A stretch of DNA of 64,000 bases. Source: Takakia lepidozioides. Its lineage: Eukaryota > Plantae > Bryophyta. The DNA is taken from NCBI GenBank assembly GCA_030704615.1, contig CM060732.1:16926001-16990000 (forward strand). Direction: 5' to 3'. Positions 39,045 through 51,596 of this stretch are shown here, piece after piece. The stretch's first letter is position 1. The number at the start of each line of letters is the position of its first letter. A program made the translations under genes and the position numbers. The notes beneath the pieces were generated by a model that was given only the letters and a program-made list of their open reading frames with translations, was not told the DNA's origin and did no database searches.

Positions 39045-40538
39045 CTAAGTATTCAAAAGCTTTCCCCATGGCTCCTTCTTCTTTATCAAAGGTGAAGTCT
39101 CCAACATCTCCACACCTGGGGATTTCTGGGAAGCTAGTAAGTCCTCCACCCTGAGCGAAGGGTCTATTTCTGGGTCAAGCTCCAGGATACGATCCGGCGT
39201 CCAGCTCCATGTTCCTCTTTCGTCATCCACAACGTCTATCTGTTTACTTTCCTCCTCTATTTCTGGGATACTGCTGTCAGACAGGTTCATGTTAGCTGCT
39301 AACACTTCCCAAAGCTCATGAGAAAAAGAGCTTGACTCTGTCAATACGGTGCTCGAACTAGTGTTACTCGTATCACTGCTGGTGACAGACTCCGGCAGCG
39401 GCAACATTTCTCTATCCGATTTTACATCCAAGATGTCAAAGTCTAACAGTGGGTCAAAAAGATATTCACATTGATCCAAAGGTTGCAGTCGGCGCTGTAC
39501 TGTATCTAACTCAAGCGACCGGTCTGGAGCATTTGACTGAGCCAGCGCCGAAGGATTCATGCTGAGTATCACATCACGTTCGGAAATCTCGGCCTCTGTC
39601 ACAAGCTGGCGACTAGACATGGAGTTAGCAGTGTCCATCTCTGTAGTGACATCACGAGTGGTGCTCGACGCTGCACTGTTGCTGGGCTCAGCTTGTCGGT
39701 TGTTGCTAATTGTTCTGAGCTCGCTCTCGGTCTCTTCCCGTAGCTCCCGTGGGCGATTATCTGCTGTACAAACAATACGAATTTAAGCAAATATTTACTC
39801 CCGCTCACAATCGACAGCGTTTGTGCGCACTCGTGCAAGAATCATACCGGTCCCCTTTCGAATCAGACTCAAGCAAATGTATGTACATATGCTCCTTAGA
39901 ATTTTCTCATGGAGGAATCCTCCCTACAAATTGTATCTCGCATGGAGGATCATGATTTGTCATCGTTTCAGAGGAATTGTGGTTTTTTCTGGTCACTGAC
40001 GCTTACCTGGCTGGAGTAAACTCATAGCAGACACTCCTGTTGAATCTTGATCAGTGCGCCGAGAATCAGGAAGGTTCAGGACCGCACATGACCCATAAAG
40101 TACTTTTGCAGCTTCGTCATAAGCGAGAGCTGCCTCCTCCGCCGTGGAGTATGTCCCCAGCCATAGCCGAGACCCTCTGTTGGGCTCCCTAATCTCTGCT
40201 ACCCACTTTCCCCATGTACGTTGTCGAACACCCCTGTAAATGCAAAGGGCGTTTTCTGGACCACCCTTCCCCTTCATACAGCCCTTCTTAGAACCTTTCG
40301 CAGGAGCTTTTCTTTTGTTTTTCCTGGGGCCACTGTAACCTTCTCGATCTCTTACACTGCCTGAGTGTCCAGCTCCACTGCTGTGATTTTGGCTTGTCCA
40401 CCAAGCCAAAGCCTCTGCCACCGAGTTCCCATGCTGCGCAGACCTCATGCTTGATCTTCCCCGCCGTCTTTTCTTCAAAATATTCAGACCCAATACAGGC
40501 CCTGGAAGTCTTTTCGAATCCAGCGCTAACCAATGCAT
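39045..40538 (-). CDS. DREB2: DREB2-type (A-2) AP2/ERF transcription factor; exons 40538-40007 and 39763-39045; an upstream exon is possible
   Basis: [22 protein letters not shown] motif followed by the AP2 domain [55 protein letters not shown] donor at 40006 splices in frame into an acidic, Ser-rich C-terminal ORF ending at 39045. Confidence 0.88.
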
Positions 40539-42318
40539 GCAACCCTTCCAACAACTTGAAAGAACAGCTTTCAGAAAACCTACAGGTGTTAATGCAGCGC
40601 TCTCAGATTTTACCCTTTTCGACGAGATGCGGGTCCCTAAATATCTGCAAACTTGAACTTTGACACTTTACGTGGGACTCCTTACTCTCTACCTTCCGGT
40701 CACAATCCAGGCTCTCTTCTTCCTGCTAGCAATAATCCTGCTATTCGATGCTCGTCTTGGTTTTAAGGCAGAACAAGTGAGCTTCAATCCCAGCTCACCG
40801 TACCCTGCAGTCCAATCGAGAACTGACGTGATGGGCAATATACAGATGAGTCTGCAAACCCATCTATGTCCGGAAGGAGATTCACCGACTGCTTTATACT
40901 CGACGATGGCCACCGTGAAGCTGCTGGCTGCGACTGACGGTGACACCACCTGCTACTCTTGCTTAACACTCCTACTCATCAGTGACAAATTGCCATTTCG
41001 AGTAGGCTATACAGTGGAACGGTTACAAGTGTAGCGAGCTGCTTTGCGTAGCGGATGAGTCACTCCCCAGAGAAGGATGCGAGAAAATATAGTTCTCCCA
41101 TGCTGTCGCTTGGCTCTTTGTTGAGACACACTTGAATCAAGGGTGTGGATGGAGATGGAGACCTACACTTGACTGTGGCAAGCCTTCATTCGCCCTCACA
41201 ATTTGGAGAATCATGAGATGGTAAGATCTAGTCACGCAGGTTGATTCTTTTGACAGTCTAAAGCAGACTGGAGACCTGAGTGCAAGACAGTTGTGCATTT
41301 TACTTGACACCTGGCCTTTTGTACCCTGTGGACACTCCGATTTTTCCCAATCCGTCACACTTGGCAACCTTTGGTATGTTCGGCCCGTTCTCCACAGTAA
41401 ACTTGTCTTTTACTCTCATTTGACGTATCGAAACCATAAACGGACAAATGTCTCACCTGCACTAATGAGTTAGTGTGCGAGGACAGATTTGACACGCCCG
41501 CTTTGTAATTCTTGCTTGCTTGTCTGGAAGAATTGCAAAGCTCCATTTGTCTAAGGTGCCTGCCAGGTCATAAGTCTGGGTTTTAAATTTTCGACACCAA
41601 TGACTGACAGGTGAGTCCTGACAACAAATGGAGAATCCTGAAGGTGACATATTACTCCGCCTGCGTCACGTCAAACATTTGCAGATACTGGCAGACGATT
41701 CAGATGGCTAAAACACAATGGGATTTCTAAAAACAATCACTTCGGTGACACAGTTCCAACAGCGTGTGTGGATTGCAACAATATTTGTCCAACTCTTATG
41801 GAGTGCATCAGGTGTCTAGTGTCTATCCACATTTGCATACCAACATCATAACTTCAAGACACAACATACTGTACAGGATGCCCTCGGCGTTCAAAGTTTC
41901 CCAAACACATCACTACACACGTTTGTGTAAAGAATAATTCAAAAAGCTGTCACAAGTGTTTGCAACCATTAACTATGTTTGTCAGCTTATCAATCTTGGC
42001 CTCAGGGTGACCACAGATGCTCAATCCCCAAAATGCTGAAGATTGTGCGACAGAACTTTACCTTTCATAAGGTAGTTCAATCTGGCATTCAAACATGTGC
42101 CCAACATAATACCAGTGATTCACTTAAGAGTTTGATCATGAGCGATGAATCTCTATCCCAGGATTTACACCTTGGGGTGCTCCAATTAGCAGGACACAAT
42201 TCTCCATCTTGCCATGAAAGCACCTTTTTAATCCGCTGAGGTCTACCATACTCGTCCAAGACCGAGAACAAGCTAAAGGCTTCCATGAAGTCTCTCCTTA
42301 AAGAGAGATAGGAGGGAA

Positions 42319-42858
42319 TCAACAATGACTACTGCCTCTGGGTACATCGATGAGACGATACAAATCTCCTCTTCTTTGGTTCCCTAATGGCATGTTCAGC
42401 CTGCACACAGAATTCCCATTCAATAGCCTCATAACAAGTGAAACCTCCATACAGACTGCATGCATAAGATATCCATGTTACATCCCCATTGTATTGCAGG
42501 AGAATCACAGCGCACAAATCAGTCAATTAAGGCCTATAACAGGTACCAGAAGGGCATACATTTCAGTACCACAACCTGAAGACTGGAAGGCAACTTTGGC
42601 TGGCAGTGGGCTCATCTGCGGTCTTGCAAAACCAATCTGTGTGAAACTATTCGAGCGACACAAGATACAGTTCTGGAATTGATGTTCTGCTTTTCATTAC
42701 GTGTCAATGCCTGCCCTTGAAAACTCAATCAACTGTAACTGGATTGGCATTGACCTCCCTAAGGCCAACAGGAATCCGGAACTGAGTTTGTCCAACCCCA
42801 CAACCAGCTCCGGGAGGGTTAGCATCACTTGCAGGCTACGGGTACACCGCAGGTCCAT

Positions 42859-42894
<36 letters not shown>

Positions 42895-45800
42895 TTACCA
42901 ATCCTCAAAGTCTACACAAGAGCAAAATCTATACACGGGGTAATTGTCCCCAAGCAGTCTGACGGACAATCTGCCCCTATGTGTGCGGAGCCTGTGCGTC
43001 GTGTAACTGAAAGATTTGGTACCCTGAATGGTTTACCAATTCTCAAAGTTTACACAAGACGAGCAAAATCTACACATGGGGTAACTGTCCCCCCTTTGCA
43101 GAACGGTTGGCCGTCCAGGAGCAGTCACAAGCTACCTAGACGACAAACAATTCACACGCAAAGGGCTGGCTTGCGGCTGGCCACTTTCAACTTCTCAGGG
43201 TTGACCAACCAAAGGAAACAACTTGAAGTGGGACAAGTTCTTCGGACTAATGATATTCATATCTGTGCTGGGCAAGAAACATGGGAAACGTCGGATAAAC
43301 TGGTTGGAGATGTCATTGGTTATAAATGGGCAGGTAAGATGTGTACTCTAAGGCAGCCTCTGCCAAACGGGGTCAAAAAGGGGTCGGATTCTTTGTCCGT
43401 GATTTCTTGTTTGACAATTGTGAAATTATCAACAAGGGTTTGAGGTACGAGCATAGTATCTGGCTAAAACTGAATTTGAAGGGCGGCATGAGTACAAAGG
43501 ACCTCTTTGTTGGTTGCGTTTACATGCCCACAGAGGGGACCCTTCGTGCTGACGCAGACAAGGCCTTCGAAGATGTAAAGCTGGACTGTGCTTCGTTCCT
43601 TGCCAAAGGTCAGGTGGTACTATTGGGGGACTTCAATGCCCGGGTGGGCAAAGGGATCCATCAGGACGATATCATTGGACCTTTTGGTGAGGACGAGCTG
43701 AATTCTAATGGCAGACGGTTAATTAACTGTCTAGAAGAGCTTCAGCTTTTGACCTTGAATAACAGGACAAGAGGTGACCAAGTGCAGTGGACTCGTGAAA
43801 CCCCAAACTGGGGAACGTTCCATTGTGGACTATATCATAATGGACAAAATTTTGTTCCCCCAGTGTGCCAATGTGTTGATCGACAGAACTGATATTGGTA
43901 CCTCTGACCACTTCCTGGTTTGGACTGAGATCAAAAGGTGTTTCCCACCACCAAGAGATCTGTGAAACGTTCGATTCGGAAGTGGCGCATAGAAAAATTC
44001 CACAATGAGGAGGTCAAGGCTGAGTACGTCCAGGCCTTGCAAGAGGCTCTCCCTCATTTTGTCCAATCGCTCCAAGAACTTCAGTCACGCTCTGTTAACG
44101 CAAGAAATGAAGTCGAAAGAGCAGTGGACTCTTGGGAGAGTTTCGTTTCCTCCGTGGCTGACAAGATCATTGGGAGGAAACTAATTGTCTGCGGTAGAGC
44201 AGTTAATTGGTGGACTAATGAGATTAAACTCAAGATAGCTGAGAGACGAGCCCTCTATAAAGAGTGCTGCAATTTGGAAACCAACAGAGAATTGTGGGCA
44301 AGGTACTACCAGCTCCGTAAAGATATCAATCAGCTTGTTAGGTCTCAGAAGAAATTATACTGGGACAAGTTATACAGTGAAATAAACTCAAACCACCATG
44401 GTGGTAATGACAAGAAATTCTGGTTGGCCCTTCAACGTTTGTACAAACCGAAAAAACGGTCAGCAAGTACAAGCGCTGAAGACTACTAAAGGTGCAGTGG
44501 TGACTTCATCGGTTGACATTGTCAAAACCTTTGAAACTCACTACAGTATCCTTGGCAGAACTTCTAGGTCTAACAGTGAGGGGTCTTCTGCTGAATGGAG
44601 GGACACAGTTGGAAAAACTGTTCCTATGATTCAAAACAGCCCTGATGAACTGGAGTATATTTCAATGGCTTATAATGCTCCCATTAGTTCTTCTGAGATT
44701 GTGGAAGCAATTGAACATTTAAATGGATATAAAGCTGGTGGACCTGATGGTATTGTCAACGAGCTTATCAAGCACGGTGGCGATCCCATGATAGAGGCCC
44801 TAGTTCTCCTCTTTAACCTTATCTGGAAGACTGAAATGATCCCCTTTCACTGGCGACAGGGGGTCATTGTCAATCTATACAAGAAGGGTGACAGAGAAGA
44901 ACCGGGGAACTACCGTGGCATCACGCTCCTCAATGCTGTTGGCAAGACATTCTGCAGAGTTATAAGTACTCGTCTCGAGGTTGATCTGGAGTCTAGAGGT
45001 TGTTTCCACGAAGGCCAAGCTGGCTTTCGGCGAAACAGGGGCTGTGTGGATCATATCTTCACTCTAAGCCAGATTATCCAGGGAAGGAAAAAAGAAGGGA
45101 AACCCACTTATGTCTTTTTCCTGGATGTCAAAAAGGCTTATGACACAGTGTGGAGAGATGGCATATGGTTCCGCCTCTGGTCTTGTGGGATCAAGGGAAA
45201 GATGTGGAGAGTTGTCCACAACTTGTATGCTCACACCAAAAGCTGTGTCACTGTTAACGGACAGAAGTCCAACTTCTTTGACTTAGACCAAGGTGTAGCT
45301 CAAGGATGTACTCTCTCCCCTCTGCTCTTCAATGTTTTCATCAATCAACTCCTCGAGGATGTGGAAAGTGAGGGATTTGGGTTAAGGGTGGGTGATACCA
45401 CCATACCAGCCCTTATGTTTGCGGATGACTTCGCAGGCATAGGGGAGACTCCAACCAATCTCCAGGAGTTGATTGATTGCGCGAAGAGATACTTTGATCT
45501 TTGGGGGCTAGAGGCCGACGAGATGAATTCAAGGTCAGATGGTGGGGTCAGCTGCAACATATGCCCAACACCAGATATCCTAAATTAATCGACTCTATAT
45601 CTTGGAAACAGGACCGCCCTGTCAAACAGGCTAAGTCCTGGCAGAAGAGTGTAGAAGAGATCCTCAAGGACCTGGACCTGGATCCGCAAGTCTTGACCCT
45701 GCTGGATAAATCTGACTTAGAGGCTGTAGTGTCCTCAGCCATGTCTGTTGCCATGAGATTGTCTGATGAAAATGAAGTTAGGCAGAAAACTTCCCTGAAC

Positions 45801-48800
45801 TTGTTTCCAGTCTGTGACATGGGGGAGGACATCTTGGATGACCTCAAGGGGCTACCCACTCTCGGCACGAGACTGAAATTTAAACTCAGGGCAGGAAGCC
45901 TACCTTTGAACAGCAAACGCAGAGAGGAAAGGGAGAGTGCAATTGCCCGTTGTGTGGGCAATCTGAAGACAGTATTCATTTTCTGATACACTGTCCGGGG
46001 TTCTCTCACCAAAGAGACGCTCTCTTCAAATCTATTAAGGGAATTGTGCCTGTACCCCTGTTTACCAACTTTGAAAGTCTCGAGGCTGAGCCAAAAGCCC
46101 AGGCCCTCCTGAGGCCTAGTTTTTGGGCAAATCACACACAGCAGATTGATGCTTGTGTGAAGGGATTTAGAGGATATCTGGAAAACCCGGATTAATGCTT
46201 TATATGGAGGTAAGTGTTACTACCAAGTCAGCCCTGACAGAGGTAGGTTCTGTCCCTTTTGTTCCCGCTCAAACTGGGCGCGGGGTCAATGGCCACAAGG
46301 CTACGGCAAACAACGTCTTATGAGTACAATCTCTCTCTCTCATAGCCTTGGGCTACAGCAAACATCGTCTCGAGTACATTCTCTCATGGCCTTCAGCAGG
46401 TACAATCTTCACATGCTAGCGAGCCACTAAATCACAAAGAGGAGAACACACCTCACGAAAAGTAAGGTACTTGTGAAACTTGCCTTTAAAGTCACATTGT
46501 CACAAGCACTAAAGATGCATTTCAAGATGTATCCAGGGAAAAAAACTGCACCTTCTCTGGTCAATTTCGGAGTAATCAATATTTGCAAAAATGGTTGCCT
46601 CCTCATGTTCAGTAGTGGCCAGAATTTCACCAAACTGTTGATCACAGAGAAATTCCAATGCCCAGAAAGCATTAGTGCACATCTCTACAATCTTCTTTGT
46701 AAACCTCCATGACATCTATGAACATATAGCCATTATGCTGTCGTACGATTGTCATCCTGAAAGGAAAATTTTAGTTGAAGTCTTAACTCTTTTCAACCAC
46801 TTAACCATAGCTCTTGCGGATCGATCATCTTTTGATCCACATAATCACTGCTACTGGCGTTAGATCCACAAAGACCCAAAAGCCTATTCCAGAAACCTGC
46901 TGGTGAATTTCAAACTGGCCCAAACTCGGTCTTTCCACCCCTCTGCCTAAGCAGCTTCCAAAGTGAGCAAGAGATGCATGAAACTGTCACATGACGTTGC
47001 AGCTGTTTCACAAAAATGGGTTAATGTTGCACTAGGATAGGGAGCAGAGAAACAGAGGGAGAGGAGAGAACACTTACAGGCCCGACAACGGTAGAGTGTC
47101 CCCAGGCAATGTAGCCTGCACTAGGATTCCTCGCTGGTGAACATGTCACTACATAGATCTGTCACATACCACATCCCATTTCAATACACATTCTCCATCT
47201 TCACGTGGTAATGAAGGAGTAAACAATGAATGTGTTATACGTTGTGACGGGCATATATGGTGCTATCTACCTTCAGTGCAGTCAGTGAGGGAACCAGTTG
47301 TCATGTTGGCATGAAGAACCTCCCAGTAGAGCAATGTTGAAGAGTTCCAAGCTGATGCATTTTACGAAATACAGTGCAAACTACATGTCTTAATTATTAC
47401 TTGACATCCAAAAGCATCAGCTAGAACCTGGTCAAGAAGCAACATCAAAACCCAGAAATCAATGGTCTTTGAGAAGACCATTACCATTGGAACTCTGTCT
47501 CCAATGGTCCTGATCTCACCTGATTGTCCACAGCTCTGACTCACTCAGCGAAATTGCCGAAGTGTTTCATATCCAGTCCCCCAACATGCAAAAGACATGT
47601 CAGTCCATAGCTAGAAGCACTGAGGCTCAGCAGCCCTATGCTAGTGAAATAAAAAGAGCAGTAACACAAGTAATCCTTTGCTATGTCACGCATGTGGTAG
47701 AATTGTGGATATCCACCCCCTGGAAGAACACTCCCAGTTGGATGACTACTTCAACATGAAATGGCAATAGCTATTTCATGACCACCAACATCCCATATGT
47801 AACATTCATCTTTCCCCTTGCGAATGTGACACTGAATGGCAGGGATAGAGAGTGTACTGATGAGAAGTTGTTTGCCATAGCCTTGTGGCCATAGACCCCA
47901 CACCCAGTTTGGGCAGAAAACAGACACTACATTTGTGAGGGGCACTCCAGTAGTAGGACTTACCTTGACATAAGCAGTTAGTTTGGGCTTTCCAGATTCC
48001 TCTAGAAAAACCTTCACAAAAGCATCAATCTGTTGCGTGCTGCCCAGCAATTAGACCTCAACAGGAGCAGGGTTTTAGGCTCAGCCTCGAGATTTAGAAA
48101 GAAATAGAGACAAAGATAGGGAGAGAGCACCTGGCCTTTTGCAATAGCTCCCAGTGGAGAGGGCCAGTAGTCATGTTAAATGCCCCAGGATAGCATATAA
48201 TGTGTGCCCCTGTTTGTTGCGACAACAACACAGGTCAATCCTGGCATCTGGATGTGTGTGTAAGAACTGTTTCATGCCAGTATGTAGGTCTTTTGCTCAA
48301 GCCATTATCAAAGAGAATTTTCTTTCAACTTGACCCGGTCCAGCTAGTTCTATGCCCCCACCCGGATCTACTGACATAGCGACACGCCAAATGCTGACTT
48401 ATTCAGAGCACTAGTCTGAAAAACATTATGGAATCCAGAGGAGTTCCCAAATGACGGACATTATGACTTATGCAGGGGATGTTCCAAAGATCATTCAATT
48501 TGAGTATATGATTAAAATGCAGGAGGAGGCTAGTTTACCACGGGCAGCATAGAGCATAGCCATTTCGGGAAAACGGATATCATAGCAAATTCCTACTGCT
48601 ATGCGCCCAACATCTGCACTCAGAAAACACTATTGAGTGAAACAGAAGGATGGAAAGGGAAGTACACGTGTGACAGTGATACAAACAGGCACATCAGAAA
48701 GGAAACATGAGACAGGGAAACCTTACCCTGGATGTGGCTATGTTTTCATCTTGGCTACCTCTCAAATGTGAGTTCAGACTTTGCTAGGCTCTCTTTTGGT

Positions 48801-51596
48801 GACCAATGTATTAAAAGAGAACAGCTAGGTGCTTTGATATGGCCACCTGTGTCCACAACTGTGAGGCCCTCTCCAGGGTTTAGCGTCTCTGACTCCTTAA
48901 AAGTGATTTTCCCCGGTATGTCAATGTCAAACAGATGCACCTGACCACAAAGAGATGCAACTCCAGCCTTAGCAAAATTTTCCATCTCTGTTTGTTTATG
49001 TGGTGATTACAATCAAGTTAGAAGACACTCTTTAGCATACAGTGCCATTTAATTCAGTGAAGCACCCTCCTTCGCACCCAACGGCTTGGCCCTCTCAAGA
49101 GATGATTGGTCCACCTAACCCAGCCCGTGCTGGGCAAGGCAACCAGACAACTCACAAGGTGAATAAATAGTGAGCTTGACAGTTGAATGCCTAGTCTCTA
49201 CCTTATGGCGGAGACAACAAGAAAGGTTAGCATATCCCAGGAGATGGCAACATTGCTGTTCCTTAACTTTGTCACATGGAATTCTGCAAACAAACTAACA
49301 ATGACAAAAAGTATGAAAAGTGCTCTTGGAACTTTGGCCCTTCCTGCTTGTTCAGTGACAGTGTACACCTTGCGGTGCTTGGCCTTGAGCTCTCCGTCTT
49401 TGTCAAAAATACAGCATGTGTTATACAAGAGGCCATTACTCCGCTCAGGTATGGATCCTCCAATTATTGTCACTTCTTTTGTGCGCGCCACCTCAGCCAG
49501 CATTGCTGAAGACGGAGAAGCTTCATACCCAGCATCAATGTTCTCCGCATACATTGGAAAGCTGTCATTTGAATAAGGACAGTTCCACATCTCCTGGAAC
49601 CATTGACAAGAAGGTTTAAGTTCACATTGAACTGTGTCTTCCCACACATAGTAATACAGGAACCTAAACTGCACAGATTTACGGGTATCAATGTTCTTAT
49701 TTCTGGTCCTAGACCAGCCGCCTCTGTCTTAGTAGAAGGAGTAGGGGTGCATGACATCATTATCTACAGTGTGCTACAAAGATCAGCCCAGGATAAGATT
49801 CATACCCTCATGGGTTAAAATCCCATGAAGGAAGAAAGAAGACAAGGAAAGAAAGGGACTTTATAATATCCACAGAAAAGGCCAAGAACTTAATGACGAG
49901 GTAATAGGCAGTATCTACACGGATGGCTCCTCCTATTGAACCCAAAGCAGACAGCTTACTGAAAACTAAGGCCTCTCCTTCATCAAACTCGATCTATCTT
50001 TGCCAGACATCCTGAAGGTATCTAGAAAGCTTACAGGCAGGAGGATGAGTCGAGCTCCTTTGTCTGCAGCTGCCTCTATTACACTACGAGTATGGGCTAT
50101 GTTGGCCTCCTTATCAGCCGTCACCAAAATCTGGCATGCAGCTATCTTGTACTGCAGAACCCACATCAAAGATGTTAAATTGGTTGCAATCATCCTCTTA
50201 TTTGATGCCGTCATTTGTAGGCTCATAACTGAAATTGGCATCCTTCAAACAGAACAATGTGCTGCAAATAAGGGTCTTTTGCAAACCTTGATGTCTTGAA
50301 CTTAATATACGGTGGCTCCCACACAGGTAAAGGCAATGAGGGCATAATGGTGCCAGAGAAACTACTGGACTCAACGTAAAATTGGCTCTCTAACGGAACC
50401 ACAGATTGTAATGTGAAAGATGAACACAAATGACTCATGAAGATATCTGTGACAGCGCATTCTTCAGCATTAGAGGAAGATGATCAACATAGAGCATCAT
50501 GGATACTCAGAGCGCTGACATATGCCAGGAGATTCTAAGGACACTTACTAAGCTGGTGAAGTTAACAGCATTCAAGGTGGGCGGCATCGGTGCGGTAACC
50601 CAGATACCCAGGTACCAAAAGAGCAGAATACCTGACCTACTTGCGGTCATGTGTTCAGATCGCAAAGGCAAAGCCTGATTGTGACTACAGAGATTTCAAG
50701 TTGAGATTCGATTCTTTTTGCAAAGGATCAATCAATCATGAACTTGAGCATAAACCCGAACCCAAATTCATTCTTTTATGAGGCAGAGAACCATCAATCT
50801 GGCTTCGTTTCTATTTAAAAACTCCTATAGGCTGTGCAAATTCGATAAACAGAGAACCATCGATCTGGGTTCGCTTATAAACTCCTACAGGCTGCAACCG
50901 AATTTCAGATATGCTTTGAGTGCGCGATTCCGATGGGCATGGACCGGACGCAGAATTGCAACCTCTGTTTAATCTGCACTCTAATTGAGAATTCTATTTA
51001 GATTCTGCAATAATGAGCTAGAGCAGCCAAACTTAAAGCAAATAAACACACCGGATAAATAGGGCAATGGACACTTGCTTGAATGAAGATCTTTCTTCAT
51101 TCTCAGCCTTCACTCCGGTTAGTGCATATCCGAATTGTAGTCCGAGTGAAAACAAAAGCACGGTTACAATATGACCAAAAAACGTCCTTGTGGCAGCTGT
51201 ATTGTAGGTGTACGAAGAAGGGTTTACCTTTCCGCCATTTGGAGGCTGGGGAGGAAGCTCGGCCGGCGGCTGCCTTGCCAATTGCGGCTGAAAATCCTTC
51301 GCCATAGCCGAGTTTACACTGACTGCTCTGGACTGTAAGAGCTGCCTGGCGATAGCCCTATTCACACTGACTGTCCTGACCTGGAAGAGCTTCCTGGCAA
51401 AGGATATGGAAGAATTAGCCTGTGGGTGGCTGTGGGTGCGTAAAGATCCTTCCTGGCAGAGAGTTACGGGGAACTTGGAGAGGTGGTTCCAGTGTAGATG
51501 GCGAACACCAACGATAGACAAGATGGGTCGGAGAGGAAGGGTGAAATGGGGCTGGAAGTGGGTGACTGCTGACCACTTTCCAACGAATCCCCTCAT
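42319..51596 (-). CDS. NLP3: Omega-amidase (nitrilase-like protein, NIT2/NLP3 type), 10 coding exons, with predicted organellar targeting extension
   Basis: Approximate exons 51596/51305-51228, 50151-50035, 49593-49369, 48940-48847, 48613-48540, 48210-48131, 47535-47520, 47158-47078, 46634-46552, 42400-42319. Catalytic triad motifs LLP|EMWN (Glu), HRK|[17 protein letters not shown] (Lys), [10 protein letters not shown] (Cys). Also [27 protein letters not shown] and C-terminal [11 protein letters not shown]. Confidence 0.92.
42861..42890 (+). repeat. (TC)15 microsatellite directly upstream of the LINE
   Basis: Direct read of the sequence. Confidence 0.95.
42891..46341 (+). mobile_element. RTE/RTEX-like LINE (AP endonuclease + RT + C-terminal CCHC), frameshifted, antisense in the last intron of NLP3
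   Basis: APE motifs [35 protein letters not shown] motifs [52 protein letters not shown]-terminal [19 protein letters not shown]. Several frameshifts and a deletion after FADD. Ends in GAGTACAA(TC)6. Confidence 0.92.
47846..48095 (-). mobile_element. 5'-truncated copy (about 250 bp) of the same LINE in NLP3 intron 6
   Basis: Reverse complement aligns by eye with 46075-46330 (CTCGAGGCTGAGCC..QQIDA.VK..GGCCACAAGGCTA.GGCAAACAAC..GTACA). TC-rich flanks on both sides. Confidence 0.85.
50784..50895. repeat. Imperfect ~66-bp tandem duplication in NLP3 intron 1
   Basis: CAGAGAACCATC(A/G)ATCTGG.TTCG...AAACTCCTA(T/C)AGGCTG occurs twice. Confidence 0.8.
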
